A stretch of DNA of 64,000 bases from an uncultured Clostridia bacterium. Its GTDB lineage: Bacteria > Bacillota > Clostridia > Christensenellales > CAG-1252. The notes under the pieces are model-generated. The model worked only from the letters and a program-made list of their open reading frames with translations, was not told where the DNA came from and searched no databases. The stretch spans positions 10,150 through 74,149 of the forward strand of contig CALYRM010000003.1 of the NCBI GenBank assembly GCA_945482995.1. Direction: 5' to 3'. A program made the position numbers and the translations under genes. Below, one piece after another: positions 34,615 to 44,121 of this stretch; the stretch's first letter is position 1, and the number at the start of each line of letters is the position of its first letter.

Positions 34615-36520
34615 TAACCCTGCAATGAAAAAAGGAAAATCGGAAATTCAAGCCGGAACATTGAAGAGAATTTTGTCATATATCTTTGAGGATAAAGCAA
34701 AAATCGCTTTGGTTTTTTTCTGCATTGTTTTTGCATCAATAAGCGGTGTAGTCGCTTCATATTTTATCCAATTTATTGTCAATGAATGTGAAACGCTAAT
34801 TGCAGAAGGTATAACCGCCTTTGATAGTTTTTGGAAATACCTAATTATAATGGCGTTATGCTATTTATTCGGTGTTGTTTGCAATTTTATCTTTAACCTT
34901 ATTATGCGACAGTTATCTCAAAAGGTTATGGCTAGCATAAGAGAAGATATGTTCGCAAAAATGCAAAAGCTTCCGATTAAGTTTTTCGATACGCACAACA
35001 AGGGCGACTTAATGAGCCGCTTTACCAACGATACCGAAACCCTAAGAGAACTTGTTTCGGACAGCTTACCAACGATATTGACTACTTCGCTAACGGTAAT
35101 CGCGTCCTTTGTTGCAATGCTTTTAACGAGTATTTACTTAACCTTAATCGTATTATGTGTGCTTGCCGTAATGCTTGTAGTAATCAAGGTTGTAGGCGGT
35201 AGAACAGGTAAATATTATGTCGAGCAACAAAAGGCTGTCGGTAAAGTCAACGGCTTTATCGAAGAAATGATAAACGGTCAAAAGGTTATCAAGGTATTCA
35301 ATCACGAAGAGAATGCAAAGAGGGATTTTGATAAGGTAAACGAAGTATATCGTCAAAGCTCAACTAAAGCTAATATATTTGCAAATATCTTTATGCCTAT
35401 TATGGGCAATATGGGACACCTACAATATGTTTTGATCGCTGTTTTCGGCGGATTGATGGCTATTAACAGTGTTCAAACCCCAAGCTTAAAGGGTATGATA
35501 CCTTTGACTTTGGGTTCAATTATAGCGTTCTTGAATTTGAGCAAGAGCTTCACGAACCCATTAAGTCAAATGTCACAACAAATCAACCAAGTTATGATGG
35601 GTTTAGCCGGCGCAGACAGAGTATTCAGAATGATGGACGAACTACCCGAGGTAAACGAGGGCTATGTATATTTGGTAAGCGCAGAATATAACGAGAACGG
35701 CGAGCTTGTCGAAGCCAATCACCGTACAGGGACTTGGGCTTGGAAACATTATCACAAAGACGACGGCACAACTACCTTGAAGCTTTTAGAGGGCGACATT
35801 ACCTTGAACGAAGTCGATTTTGCATACGATCCCGAAAAACCGGTTTTGCACGACGTTACCTTGTATGCGAAACCGGGTCAAAGAATTGCGTTTGTCGGCG
35901 CTACGGGCGCAGGCAAAACCACAATTACCAATTTGTTGAATAGATTCTACGATATTGCTGATGGTAAAATTCGTTATGACGGAATAAATATCAACAAAAT
36001 CCGTAAAGAGGACTTGCGTAGATCGTTGGGTATAGTTCTGCAAGATACCAACCTTTTCACGGGAACGATTATGGAAAATATCCGTTATGGTAGACTTGAT
36101 GCAACCGATGAAGAGGTTATCGCTGCGGCAAAAATGTCGCACGCTGACGACTTTATCAAGAGATTACCCGAAGGGTATAACACTATGTTGACTTCAAACG
36201 GCGCAAACCTTTCGCAAGGTCAAAGACAGCTTTTATCAATAGCAAGAGCCGCTGTTGCCGATGCTCCCGTTATGATTCTTGACGAGGCGACTTCAAGCAT
36301 TGATACTCGTTCGGAATTGCTTGTTCAAAGAGGTATGGATAACCTTATGAAGGGAAGAACGGTATTTGTAATAGCGCATAGATTGTCTACCGTCAAGGGT
36401 AGCGACGTAATAATGGTGCTTGATCACGGCAGAATAATCGAGCGTGGCACGCACGAACAACTGATTGCCGAAAAGGGCGTTTATTATAGGCTCTATACCG
36501 GTGCATTTGAGTTAGAATAA
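34601..36520 (+). CDS. ABC exporter permease/ATPase, heterodimer subunit with canonical Walker B and deviant signature (LSQGQ)
   Basis: 639 aa. Walker A GATGAGKTT, signature LSQGQRQLL, Walker B MILDEATSSID. 14-nt overlap with the upstream subunit gene. Confidence 0.9.
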   Translation: MSKNSNPAMKKGKSEIQAGTLKRILSYIFEDKAKIALVFFCIVFASISGVVASYFIQFIVNECETLIAEGITAFDSFWKYLIIMALCYLFGVVCNFIFNLIMRQLSQKVMASIREDMFAKMQKLPIKFFDTHNKGDLMSRFTNDTETLRELVSDSLPTILTTSLTVIASFVAMLLTSIYLTLIVLCVLAVMLVVIKVVGGRTGKYYVEQQKAVGKVNGFIEEMINGQKVIKVFNHEENAKRDFDKVNEVYRQSSTKANIFANIFMPIMGNMGHLQYVLIAVFGGLMAINSVQTPSLKGMIPLTLGSIIAFLNLSKSFTNPLSQMSQQINQVMMGLAGADRVFRMMDELPEVNEGYVYLVSAEYNENGELVEANHRTGTWAWKHYHKDDGTTTLKLLEGDITLNEVDFAYDPEKPVLHDVTLYAKPGQRIAFVGATGAGKTTITNLLNRFYDIADGKIRYDGININKIRKEDLRRSLGIVLQDTNLFTGTIMENIRYGRLDATDEEVIAAAKMSHADDFIKRLPEGYNTMLTSNGANLSQGQRQLLSIARAAVADAPVMILDEATSSIDTRSELLVQRGMDNLMKGRTVFVIAHRLSTVKGSDVIMVLDHGRIIERGTHEQLIAEKGVYYRLYTGAFELE

Positions 36521-36528
36521 AGAAAAAA

Positions 36529-36563
36529 AGTTCTACTGTGTTGCTACAATAGAACTTTTTTTT
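36529..36563 (+). terminator. Rho-independent terminator after the ABC exporter operon
   Basis: Stem agttctactgt/acaatagaact (one mismatch) plus T8. Confidence 0.8.
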
Positions 36564-36589
36564 AGTGAATTGCACCTGTTTGATACATA

Positions 36590-36734
36590 AATTGAGCGAA
36601 GGCTTGTGAATTCTCTTCTCTTGCGCACTCCGTGAATTGCGCTAACGTGCGATGTGGATGAAATGATTTGTATGGCGTAGTGGTTATCCATACATGTCAT
36701 TCTAAGTGAAGTGTAACGAAGTCTAAGAATCTCA
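36590..36734 (-). repeat. Mosaic repeat cluster, including a partial reverse copy of the composite element
   Basis: gtgaattctcttctcttgcgcactccgtgaattgcg is the reverse complement of the ...caattcacggagtgcg...agaattcac segment. Also gtcattctaagtgaagtgtaacgaagtctaagaatctca. Confidence 0.8.
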
Positions 36735-36916
36735 AACCAAAACCATATTTTTTTACATTTGAATGCTAAGTCTATATTCTAAAAAGCAAATTAAGTATAC
36801 CGTATTTAGGTTTTTTGATTAAACTCAGAATGAAAACTGAGCGGTCAATTCACTCTCCACGTTGGTTTGAATGACGAACTTAAACATTACACAAATAAAA
36901 AAGTGTCACACACGTT

Positions 36917-37114
36917 TTATTTGTGTTTGTAGTAAAGCATACAGTGGCAATAGCCCTCAAAGTTTTTGTCTTTTATTTGTTCACGGAACTCTTTGCACAT
37001 ACACTTTGTATCTTCGTTTTTTTGCAATCTGCAAGGGCAGTATCCGCCGTTTTGCTTCATTTTGTTTTGTAATGATTCAACAAGCTCTTTATTTGTATTA
37101 AGAGATATTTTCAT
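36917..37114 (-). CDS. Small Cys-rich protein resembling the ferredoxin-thioredoxin reductase catalytic subunit
   Basis: 65 aa. CPC-x10-CMC-x16-CHC arrangement (GGYCPCRLQKNEDTKCMCKEF...GYCHCMLY). Confidence 0.6.
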   Translation of the reverse strand: MKISLNTNKELVESLQNKMKQNGGYCPCRLQKNEDTKCMCKEFREQIKDKNFEGYCHCMLYYKHK

Positions 37115-37339
37115 ATTGTCCCCTCCCTATAAAAGCCAATGGGTTAGCTTCTTAGTTATATTATTTGTTGTCACAAATAGTTATATTTTAGCAAGAAAGC
37201 AAAAGCTATATTTTGCTTTATGCAAAATCGATATTAAATTTGCCATATACCAAAACTCATTGCGAAAGCGATTTCATCCCGAAAGAATTTCATCTGCCAA
37301 ATATGGCAGATTTCATAGTCGAGAAAGGGAGTTTTCCAA

Positions 37340-38095
37340 CTATTTAGGTAGGCAGTTGTTAATCTTTTGAGTAAACGAATTTAGTATTCCAGCCCATTCT
37401 TCAAAAGTAAATGGGCTTTGAACGTATACACCGGTTGTTTCTTCCGGCTTTTTGAAATATTGAGTGTCTATTGCACCGAATTTATAATTTGAGAATGAGG
37501 CGTCATAGAATGTGCCGTCCGAATAGGTGATTTTAATTCTTCTAAGATAGGTCGAGTCAAACCAAACTTTATAATTAACGCCTTCATAGTTTATGTCGTA
37601 CTTATAAAGAGTAGTGCCGTCCGCCGATTCTTCTTTTATCGCCTTTGTAATTAGCGTTACATATGAAGCAGTCAAAATGTTTTCGGTAACGGTGTAAAGT
37701 AGGTTATCTTCTGAATTGTAGGGCTTTTCTTCGACGTAGTATGTACCCGAGCCAAGCGGTACCGAACCTAGGGGCGTATCAAGATTTTCGTATACCTCTA
37801 AAATATTATATAGCTTACTCTCTATAAATATTTGACGGTATGTAGGGTATGTTTTGCCGTCAAGATGATAATTATAAGCGTAATCGTTATTATTTTTGTA
37901 GCAAGAAGCCAATATTTTATCGCCTGATTCTGTTGTTAATTCAAGGTCGAAAGAAAAGCTTGTCGCTTCTTTTACAAGCTTTGGAAAGGTTGTTTCCGCG
38001 CCTTTCAATTTTCTTGTAAGGTCGCAAGCGGTTGTTGTTAAAATAACTGCAATCACTAATATTATACATATCGAAAATAAAATTGTTTTTTTCAT
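37340..38095 (-). CDS. Lipoprotein, unknown function
   Basis: 251 aa with signal peptide plus lipobox (LTTTAC). Lies 14 nt downstream of icd. Confidence 0.6.
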   Translation of the reverse strand: MKKTILFSICIILVIAVILTTTACDLTRKLKGAETTFPKLVKEATSFSFDLELTTESGDKILASCYKNNNDYAYNYHLDGKTYPTYRQIFIESKLYNILEVYENLDTPLGSVPLGSGTYYVEEKPYNSEDNLLYTVTENILTASYVTLITKAIKEESADGTTLYKYDINYEGVNYKVWFDSTYLRRIKITYSDGTFYDASFSNYKFGAIDTQYFKKPEETTGVYVQSPFTFEEWAGILNSFTQKINNCLPK

Positions 38096-38109
38096 AATTC
38101 CCCTTTTCC

Positions 38110-39315
38110 TTATGCGAGCTGTGTAATTAGCTCTTTTTGAATTTCGTCAATAAACTCGCTTGTGTTGACAGCGTTCTTATCGTCGCCCGAGGATAATAGA
38201 AACAAATCTTTCGTCATAATACCTTTATCGAGTACGGCTATACAGCTTTTTTCGAGCTTATCTGCGAAAGCCGCCAATGCTTCTATTCCGTCTAATTCGC
38301 CACGCTTTTTCAGCGCACCAGTCCAAGCGAAAATGGTTGCGATGGGGTTAGTAGAGGTTTCTTCGCCTCTTAAATACCTGTAGTAGTGTCTTGTAACCGT
38401 GCCGTGAGCGGCTTCATATTCAAAGCAACCCTTAGGGCTAACCAAAACACTTGTCATCATTGCAAGCGAACCGAAAGCAGTTGATAGCATATCGCTAAAC
38501 ACGTCGCCGTCATAGTTCTTGCAAGCCCAAATAAATCCGCCCTTAGAACGCATTACCCTTGCAATAGCGTCATCTACCAATGTGTAGAAATATGTAATTC
38601 CTTTACGTTCAAATTCGTCTTTATATTTAGCAAACCTTTCCTCGAAAATTCTCTTAAAATTGCCGTCATAGGTTTTGCTGATTGTGTCTTTTGAGGAAAA
38701 CCACAAATCTTGACTAGTTTCCAATGCGTAATTAAAACAAGCGTCAGCAAAGCTTTCTATCGACTTGTCGGTATTGTGCATAGCTTGTAAAATTCCGCTG
38801 CCTTCGAAATCAAATACCTTTTGTTTGATTTCGCCGTTTTCGCCCTCAAATACCAAATATGCGCTACCTGCACCCTCGGTTTTAATTTCAACCGACTTGT
38901 ACACGTCACCGTAAGCGTGTCTTGCTATTGTAATTGGGTTTTCCCAAGTCGCAACGCATGGCTTAATCCTTTTGCACAAAATAGGGGTGCGGAAAACTGT
39001 ACCGTCTAGTATGGCTCTTATAGTTGCGTTTGGGCTCTTATAAAGTTTTTTAAGTTTATATTCGTCCATTCTTTGCAGGTTTGGCGTGATTGTTGCGCAT
39101 TTGACTGCAACACCGTATTTCAAAGTTGCTTCCGCACTTTGCACAGTAACCAAATCATCTGTTTTATCACGGTTTACAAGCCCTAAGTCGTAGTATTCGG
39201 TTTTTAGGTCGATGAAAGGCAGTATTAGTTTGTCCTTTATCATCCCCCATAAAACTCTTGTCATTTCGTCACCGTCCATTTCTACAATGGGAGTTGTCAT
39301 TTTAATTTTTTCCAT
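38110..39315 (-). CDS. icd: NADP-dependent isocitrate dehydrogenase (eukaryote-like ~400-aa type)
   Basis: PIVEMDGDEMTRVLW...KCATITPN...YKSPNATIR...GTVFR motifs and 401-aa length. Confidence 0.9.
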   Translation of the reverse strand: MEKIKMTTPIVEMDGDEMTRVLWGMIKDKLILPFIDLKTEYYDLGLVNRDKTDDLVTVQSAEATLKYGVAVKCATITPNLQRMDEYKLKKLYKSPNATIRAILDGTVFRTPILCKRIKPCVATWENPITIARHAYGDVYKSVEIKTEGAGSAYLVFEGENGEIKQKVFDFEGSGILQAMHNTDKSIESFADACFNYALETSQDLWFSSKDTISKTYDGNFKRIFEERFAKYKDEFERKGITYFYTLVDDAIARVMRSKGGFIWACKNYDGDVFSDMLSTAFGSLAMMTSVLVSPKGCFEYEAAHGTVTRHYYRYLRGEETSTNPIATIFAWTGALKKRGELDGIEALAAFADKLEKSCIAVLDKGIMTKDLFLLSSGDDKNAVNTSEFIDEIQKELITQLA

Positions 39316-39327
39316 ATTTATACCTTT

Positions 39328-41535
39328 TTAAGCGGAAGTTCCGCGTTGAGATTTATAGTAATTCATCAAACAGCCTTGTTTTAGTATTTCCTTTTCTTCT
39401 GCAGTAAGGTTTCCTAAATCAACGTTTAAAATGCCGATTTTGTCTCCTTTTAGAGTTTTGATTACACCTTTGCATTCGTCAATAAGTTTTAAAACGTCGT
39501 CAATATAGAGATAGTCGCCAACTGCAAGAGTAAAGTCGTCCTTTGTGGTAAGTGGTAGCATCCCCCAATTAATGCAGTTACTGCGATAACGTTTGGTTGC
39601 GAACTCTCTACAAATATTCGCTGAAGCGCCCAAAACTCTTTGACAACTTGCGGCTTGTTCTCTTGCCGAGCCGTCGCCGGGCTTGACTGCATAAATCGAC
39701 GAACCGATATTGGCTTTTTCAAAACTTGTACCAAAAAGTTTTAATACATAGGCTAATTTTTCATCCTTTGCTTCTATTTCTTTTGTAAGAACTTTGCAAC
39801 GCCCCACATATTCGGGAACTCGTCTTGATAGGGTGAATTCGGCAAGTTTCATAGGATTTGAACGATAGCTACTTGTTTCACCCGACGGAATCAATTCATC
39901 TGTTGTGGTAACCTCGTCTTTAATAACTGCTGTAAGTTTTAATAGAAGACTTTGTTTTGCTTTTGGTATTGTCGGCCAATCGGTGATATTCGGGCCGTAA
40001 ACCAAGCGTTGATTCGGATTCGGTTTACCAAAACCATTGTATATTCTATTTTTGTAAATTTCAGGATTAAAAGAATAGCAAACAGAACTAACCGAATAAT
40101 CCACGTCATCGGCAGGCGTCAGTATTCCGCCATTTAAAGCGGTTGCTGCAATCGATCTTGCGTCCATCAACGCAACCGCCGAAATTTGACCGTCCGAAGG
40201 CTTGCTACCCTCTCTATTGGGAAAATTCCTTGTGGTGTGTCTTATACTCAATCCGTTGTTTGTAGGCACGTCACCTGCGCCGAAACAAGGACCGCAGAAA
40301 GCGGGCTTGAATATTGCACCTGTATTTAAAAGTTCAAGCGCTATTCCGTTAGCCCAAAGTTCAGCTTGAATAGGGGTGCTTGCAGGATAAATATTCAAGG
40401 TAAAGCAATCGTTACCAATGCTCTTGCCTCTTAGAATGTCAGAAGCGGTGCAAATATTTTCGAAAGTTCCACCTGCGCAACCTGCGATTATACCTTGATC
40501 GACGCGTAGGTGCTTGCCGTCAAGCTTGCTTGTAAGTTTCAAAGATGCTTTTGGGAATTGCTTGTTTGCCTTATTGTCGATATCTTCCAAAATATCCCTT
40601 GCGTTCTCGATAAATTCTCTTATGGTATAAGCGTTTGAAGGATGGAATGGAAGCGCTATCATAGGCTCGATTTCGGACAAATCAACCTCTATTACTCTGT
40701 CGTAATAAGCGATTCTATCGGGCTCTAATAGCGAATAATCGTTTTCTCTCTTGTGAATCTTATAGTATTCCTTAACCTTGTCGTCGGTTTTCCAAATACT
40801 CGAAAGACAAGTTGTTTCAGTCGTCATTACGTCGATTCCGTTTCTAAAATCTACCGAAAGAGAATTGACGCCATCGCCGACAAATTCAAGAACACGGTTT
40901 TTGACAAATCCACTTGCAAATACCGATTTAATAATTGCGATAGCTACGTCGTGAGGTCCTACGCTCTTTTTGACTTTTCCTTTCAAATACACGCAGACGA
41001 CTTCGGGTGGAAGTATATCGTAGGTGTTGCTAAGTAGCTGTTTGGCAAGTTCGGGACCGCCTTCGCCGATAGCCATTGTGCCCAATGCACCATAGCGTGT
41101 GTGAGAGTCAGAGCCTAATATCATATTTCCGCACTTCGTTAGCGTTTCTCTTGCGTATTGGTGTATAACCGCTTGCATAGGGGGTACGAATATCCCGCCG
41201 TAGCGTTTCGCCGCCGACAAACCAAAGGCGTGGTCGTCCTCGTTGATTGTACCGCCCACCGCGCAAAGAGAATTGTGGCAATTAGTCAAAGCAAAAGGTA
41301 ATGGAAACTCTTTTAATCCGCTTGCCCTTGCGGTTTGAATTATTCCGACATAGGTTATATCATGACTAACCAATGCGTCAAATTTGATTTTTAATAATGA
41401 TGAGTTACCAACGCTATGCTTCGATAAAATTTTATGAGCGATAGTACCTTTTTTACCGTCTTCCTTTGAAATAGGCGCACTTTGTGAAAGTACGCCGTCT
41501 ATTAAAAATGAACCTTTTTCGTTGAGTTTTATCAT
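39328..41535 (-). CDS. Aconitate hydratase (aconitase family Fe-S hydro-lyase)
   Basis: 735 aa. GSDSHT motif, Cys ligand region FCGPCFG, swivel-domain motif GDGSAREQAA. Confidence 0.8.
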   Translation of the reverse strand: MIKLNEKGSFLIDGVLSQSAPISKEDGKKGTIAHKILSKHSVGNSSLLKIKFDALVSHDITYVGIIQTARASGLKEFPLPFALTNCHNSLCAVGGTINEDDHAFGLSAAKRYGGIFVPPMQAVIHQYARETLTKCGNMILGSDSHTRYGALGTMAIGEGGPELAKQLLSNTYDILPPEVVCVYLKGKVKKSVGPHDVAIAIIKSVFASGFVKNRVLEFVGDGVNSLSVDFRNGIDVMTTETTCLSSIWKTDDKVKEYYKIHKRENDYSLLEPDRIAYYDRVIEVDLSEIEPMIALPFHPSNAYTIREFIENARDILEDIDNKANKQFPKASLKLTSKLDGKHLRVDQGIIAGCAGGTFENICTASDILRGKSIGNDCFTLNIYPASTPIQAELWANGIALELLNTGAIFKPAFCGPCFGAGDVPTNNGLSIRHTTRNFPNREGSKPSDGQISAVALMDARSIAATALNGGILTPADDVDYSVSSVCYSFNPEIYKNRIYNGFGKPNPNQRLVYGPNITDWPTIPKAKQSLLLKLTAVIKDEVTTTDELIPSGETSSYRSNPMKLAEFTLSRRVPEYVGRCKVLTKEIEAKDEKLAYVLKLFGTSFEKANIGSSIYAVKPGDGSAREQAASCQRVLGASANICREFATKRYRSNCINWGMLPLTTKDDFTLAVGDYLYIDDVLKLIDECKGVIKTLKGDKIGILNVDLGNLTAEEKEILKQGCLMNYYKSQRGTSA

Positions 41536-41576
41536 TTCTTTATAGTCTATTGTCTTTTTTGTTGAGTTGATAATCC

Positions 41577-42374
41577 TTATTTAAATATTTTGTTTGCTAA
41601 AATTGTGAGTATTAGCAGATCTCCCGAGCCTCCTGTTGAAAGCGATGTTCTTGCAAAATATGAACACATTGCGTCAACGTTTTCTTCGGTATAGTTGTTT
41701 AGTACATAATCTGCAATCTTCTTTGCGTCGTTTACTAATGAACACTGCCTCGAATACATGCAAGTATCGTCAATAGTGGCAATCAGTTTCAAAAGTACTT
41801 TGCGATTGGCGTCTGATTTGCTTTCGCCTTTGGATAACAAATCTCTGTACATCGGTAGGGTTACCGCAAATACCGTTTCATATCCGCTTTGGGCTTCTTG
41901 TAACGCTCCACCTACGTCAAAGCTTTCTCTTACAATTGCACCCTTGGTATCTCTTTCGGGCGTAATGAACTTGGCAAGTTTGGCAATTTCTTCCGAGAGC
42001 GTTCTTTCGGTGATTTCCATTCCGTTTGATTGAAGTCTGAAATAACAGGCGGCAAATAATGCAGTCGCAAAAAATGTACCTTTTAGCACATTTACGCCTT
42101 CAGTTGCTTCTAGCAATTCTTTTTCGGCACTTGCGCCTGTTTTTTTAATGACTTGAATGGCCTTTTCGGGAGCAAGCTCAGCGGTTGCACTTCCTGCGTA
42201 GGCTAGGGTAAGTATATGTAGGTTTATAACAGTCAAGCCTCTTAGCATAAGTGGATAATCAACATCGATATGTGGATTGACTCCGTTCGGACAAACTAAC
42301 CCTGGCTTTTTCTCGGTGGCAAGTTGTTCCATTATGCTCTGCTTGACTTTTTCTGCAAATTCTATTATTTCCAT
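41577..42374 (-). CDS. Triphosphoribosyl-dephospho-CoA synthase family protein (CitG/MdcB-like)
   Basis: 265 aa. KKPGLVCPNGVNPHIDVDY, TEGVNVLKGTFFA, GALQEAQSGY, DDTCMYSR and STGGSGDLL are colinear with CitG landmarks. Confidence 0.65.
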   Translation of the reverse strand: MEIIEFAEKVKQSIMEQLATEKKPGLVCPNGVNPHIDVDYPLMLRGLTVINLHILTLAYAGSATAELAPEKAIQVIKKTGASAEKELLEATEGVNVLKGTFFATALFAACYFRLQSNGMEITERTLSEEIAKLAKFITPERDTKGAIVRESFDVGGALQEAQSGYETVFAVTLPMYRDLLSKGESKSDANRKVLLKLIATIDDTCMYSRQCSLVNDAKKIADYVLNNYTEENVDAMCSYFARTSLSTGGSGDLLILTILANKIFK

Positions 42375-42398
42375 TTTGTTATTGTTTATAGTATATTA

Positions 42399-43652
42399 TT
42401 AAATCGTGTTAATTGTACCGATAAATAGGGGAACGTTGTATTCTTTGTCAAGTATCATATAAACAAAAGGCTTGTCTAAATATATTTCCTTGATTTTTGG
42501 TTCGATACTAGGCGGAGCAGACGTTACTTCCATTCCGATTGAGGTTACTGCCGCAGCTTTAACACCATCTCGGCTTAATTCAAAGTGCGTTTTGTGATTT
42601 ACATAAGAAACAAAAACATTATCTTCTGTGTCCCAAGCTCTTGAAAAATCGGCATCAATTTCCGAAAATGCGTCGACCATACCTAAATCCATAAGGTTTT
42701 GTTTTAAATTTACGGAATAATCAAAATCAAAGTACGGAACAAAGGTTTTAACAATGTCATAGCTTGTATTTTCATTATTTAATAGTGTATATAGCTCGTC
42801 TTTATCAAATACATCAAGATATTCGCCTAATTCTACTTTTGGTTTTATTCCTAAGAAACAAAATCTATTATTCTTGAAATAATACTTAAAGGCTTCTGCG
42901 TTGTTACTTTCGAAAAATGATGCTTGCTTTTTGTATCCACCTTCAACAAATCGTATAGATCCATCTTTATATGTGAACATATGCTCTCCGTCATTTAATG
43001 CTCTTGTCCAATTATCCTCGAATACTAAGGCGTTGATTATTTGCATAATGGTGTATGGGGAATAGCTTTCGACGACTTTATCAATCATACCTCTTGTCTT
43101 TTCCTTTACCCAAGCATTTGTTTGTTTAACAGTATCATTGTTGAAAAGAGCTTTGATTATTTCAGCGTCATAGTACGCTGCGGCATTATCAATAAAATCT
43201 TGCTTTGGAGTAAAGGACTCCTTAAACCAAACCGAGTTAGCAATTTGTACGGTTTGTGCGTTGGTCTCGTCGTCCTGATAAAGCGAATATAGGTATGCAG
43301 AATATTCGTTGATTTCCGTAGGCGTTAAGTGCATAACGTCTGCAATTTGGTTTAATGTTTCGTTGGCTGCGCCGTTTGAGAGTATCGCGAACGCAATGTA
43401 AACCGATAACGGCGAAATACATGTGTTTTGGGTGTTGTCTAACGTTTCGAATAGGTCAATGGAAAAATCGTTGATTGCGTCCATATATTTCGATGTAGAC
43501 AAAACTTCGCTGTATGGACGTGACAAATTGATTTCCATAGGTGCAGGCTTGACCGTCTGGTTGTTTTCCGCTGAGTCTTGACAGCCTGCTAATGAACCAA
43601 GCAGTACTACGCCAATAATTGCTATTATCAATATCTTGTAGATTTTTTTCAC
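42399..43652 (-). CDS. Serpin-family protease inhibitor lipoprotein
   Basis: 417 aa from the GTG at 43652 (RBS ggaggctaatGTG; the track ATG at 43688 has no RBS). Lipobox LAGC. SPLSVYIAFAILSNGAANETL serpin N-motif. Hinge-like GVKAAAVTS before the C-terminal PFVYMI. Confidence 0.8.
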   Translation of the reverse strand: MKKIYKILIIAIIGVVLLGSLAGCQDSAENNQTVKPAPMEINLSRPYSEVLSTSKYMDAINDFSIDLFETLDNTQNTCISPLSVYIAFAILSNGAANETLNQIADVMHLTPTEINEYSAYLYSLYQDDETNAQTVQIANSVWFKESFTPKQDFIDNAAAYYDAEIIKALFNNDTVKQTNAWVKEKTRGMIDKVVESYSPYTIMQIINALVFEDNWTRALNDGEHMFTYKDGSIRFVEGGYKKQASFFESNNAEAFKYYFKNNRFCFLGIKPKVELGEYLDVFDKDELYTLLNNENTSYDIVKTFVPYFDFDYSVNLKQNLMDLGMVDAFSEIDADFSRAWDTEDNVFVSYVNHKTHFELSRDGVKAAAVTSIGMEVTSAPPSIEPKIKEIYLDKPFVYMILDKEYNVPLFIGTINTI

Positions 43653-43770
43653 ATTAGCCTCCAAATACAATAAAAGTGCAAAGCGCAATTTCGGATTCTG
43701 TGATTATTTGGTGTACTTCTTTTTTTAATGTCCGTTTTTTTTGAACATTTATTGAATAATCTCATTTGCT

Positions 43771-43924
43771 GTTGTCATCACGACCGCAGCGGCGTCCTGA
43801 GTATCTAATCCCTGTTTATCGTCATGTCGAGCGAAGTTGAGACGTCTCTTTTATCGTCATGTCGAGCGAAGTCGAGACATCTCTATTGGCGTCATGTCGA
43901 GCGAAGTCGAGACATCTATTTGCT
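43771..43924 (+). repeat. Mosaic repeat array, including 3 x 35-bp tandem units (43820-43924)
   Basis: cgtcatgtcgagcgaagt(t/c)gagac(g/a)tct starts at 43820, 43855 and 43890. Confidence 0.9.
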
Positions 43925-44092
43925 CATTAATCAAATGACGTGCACTTAATCTTAGACGCTGCATTTAATAATACCACTACAAGATTATACTATAAATAAG
44001 CATACTATGTCAATCACATTAATAATAACTAATGATTCGCATTCAATTCTTGTCGACAAAATGCGACAAAAGTTTGGTTCATAATTCTTTAC

Positions 44093-44121
44093 TTGACATA
44101 TTGCCGATAATGTGTTAATGT
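44093..44121 (+). promoter_or_regulatory. Possible sigma-A promoter TTGACA-17-TAATGT
   Basis: Read directly. About 100-nt leader before the ATG at 44219 (RBS aggagag). Confidence 0.45.

Noticed and set aside
36966-37370. 134-aa and 76-aa plus-strand ORFs overlapping the FTR-like gene
   Set aside because: The minus-strand 65-aa ORF has the conserved Cys pattern. The plus-strand ORFs run through AT-rich intergenic sequence and have no motif.
43653-43688. ATG at 43688 as the serpin start
   Set aside because: The GTG at 43652 follows ggagg at 5-nt spacing and gives a normal lipoprotein signal (VKKIYKILIIAIIG...LAGC). The extension MRFALLLYLEAN is atypical.
43820-43924. Possible CRISPR array (regular 35-nt periodicity); also considered for the 15723-15779 tandem
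   Set aside because: The units abut each other with only 4-6 nt between them, so there are no unique spacers. No cas genes are present, and the same unit occurs singly elsewhere.
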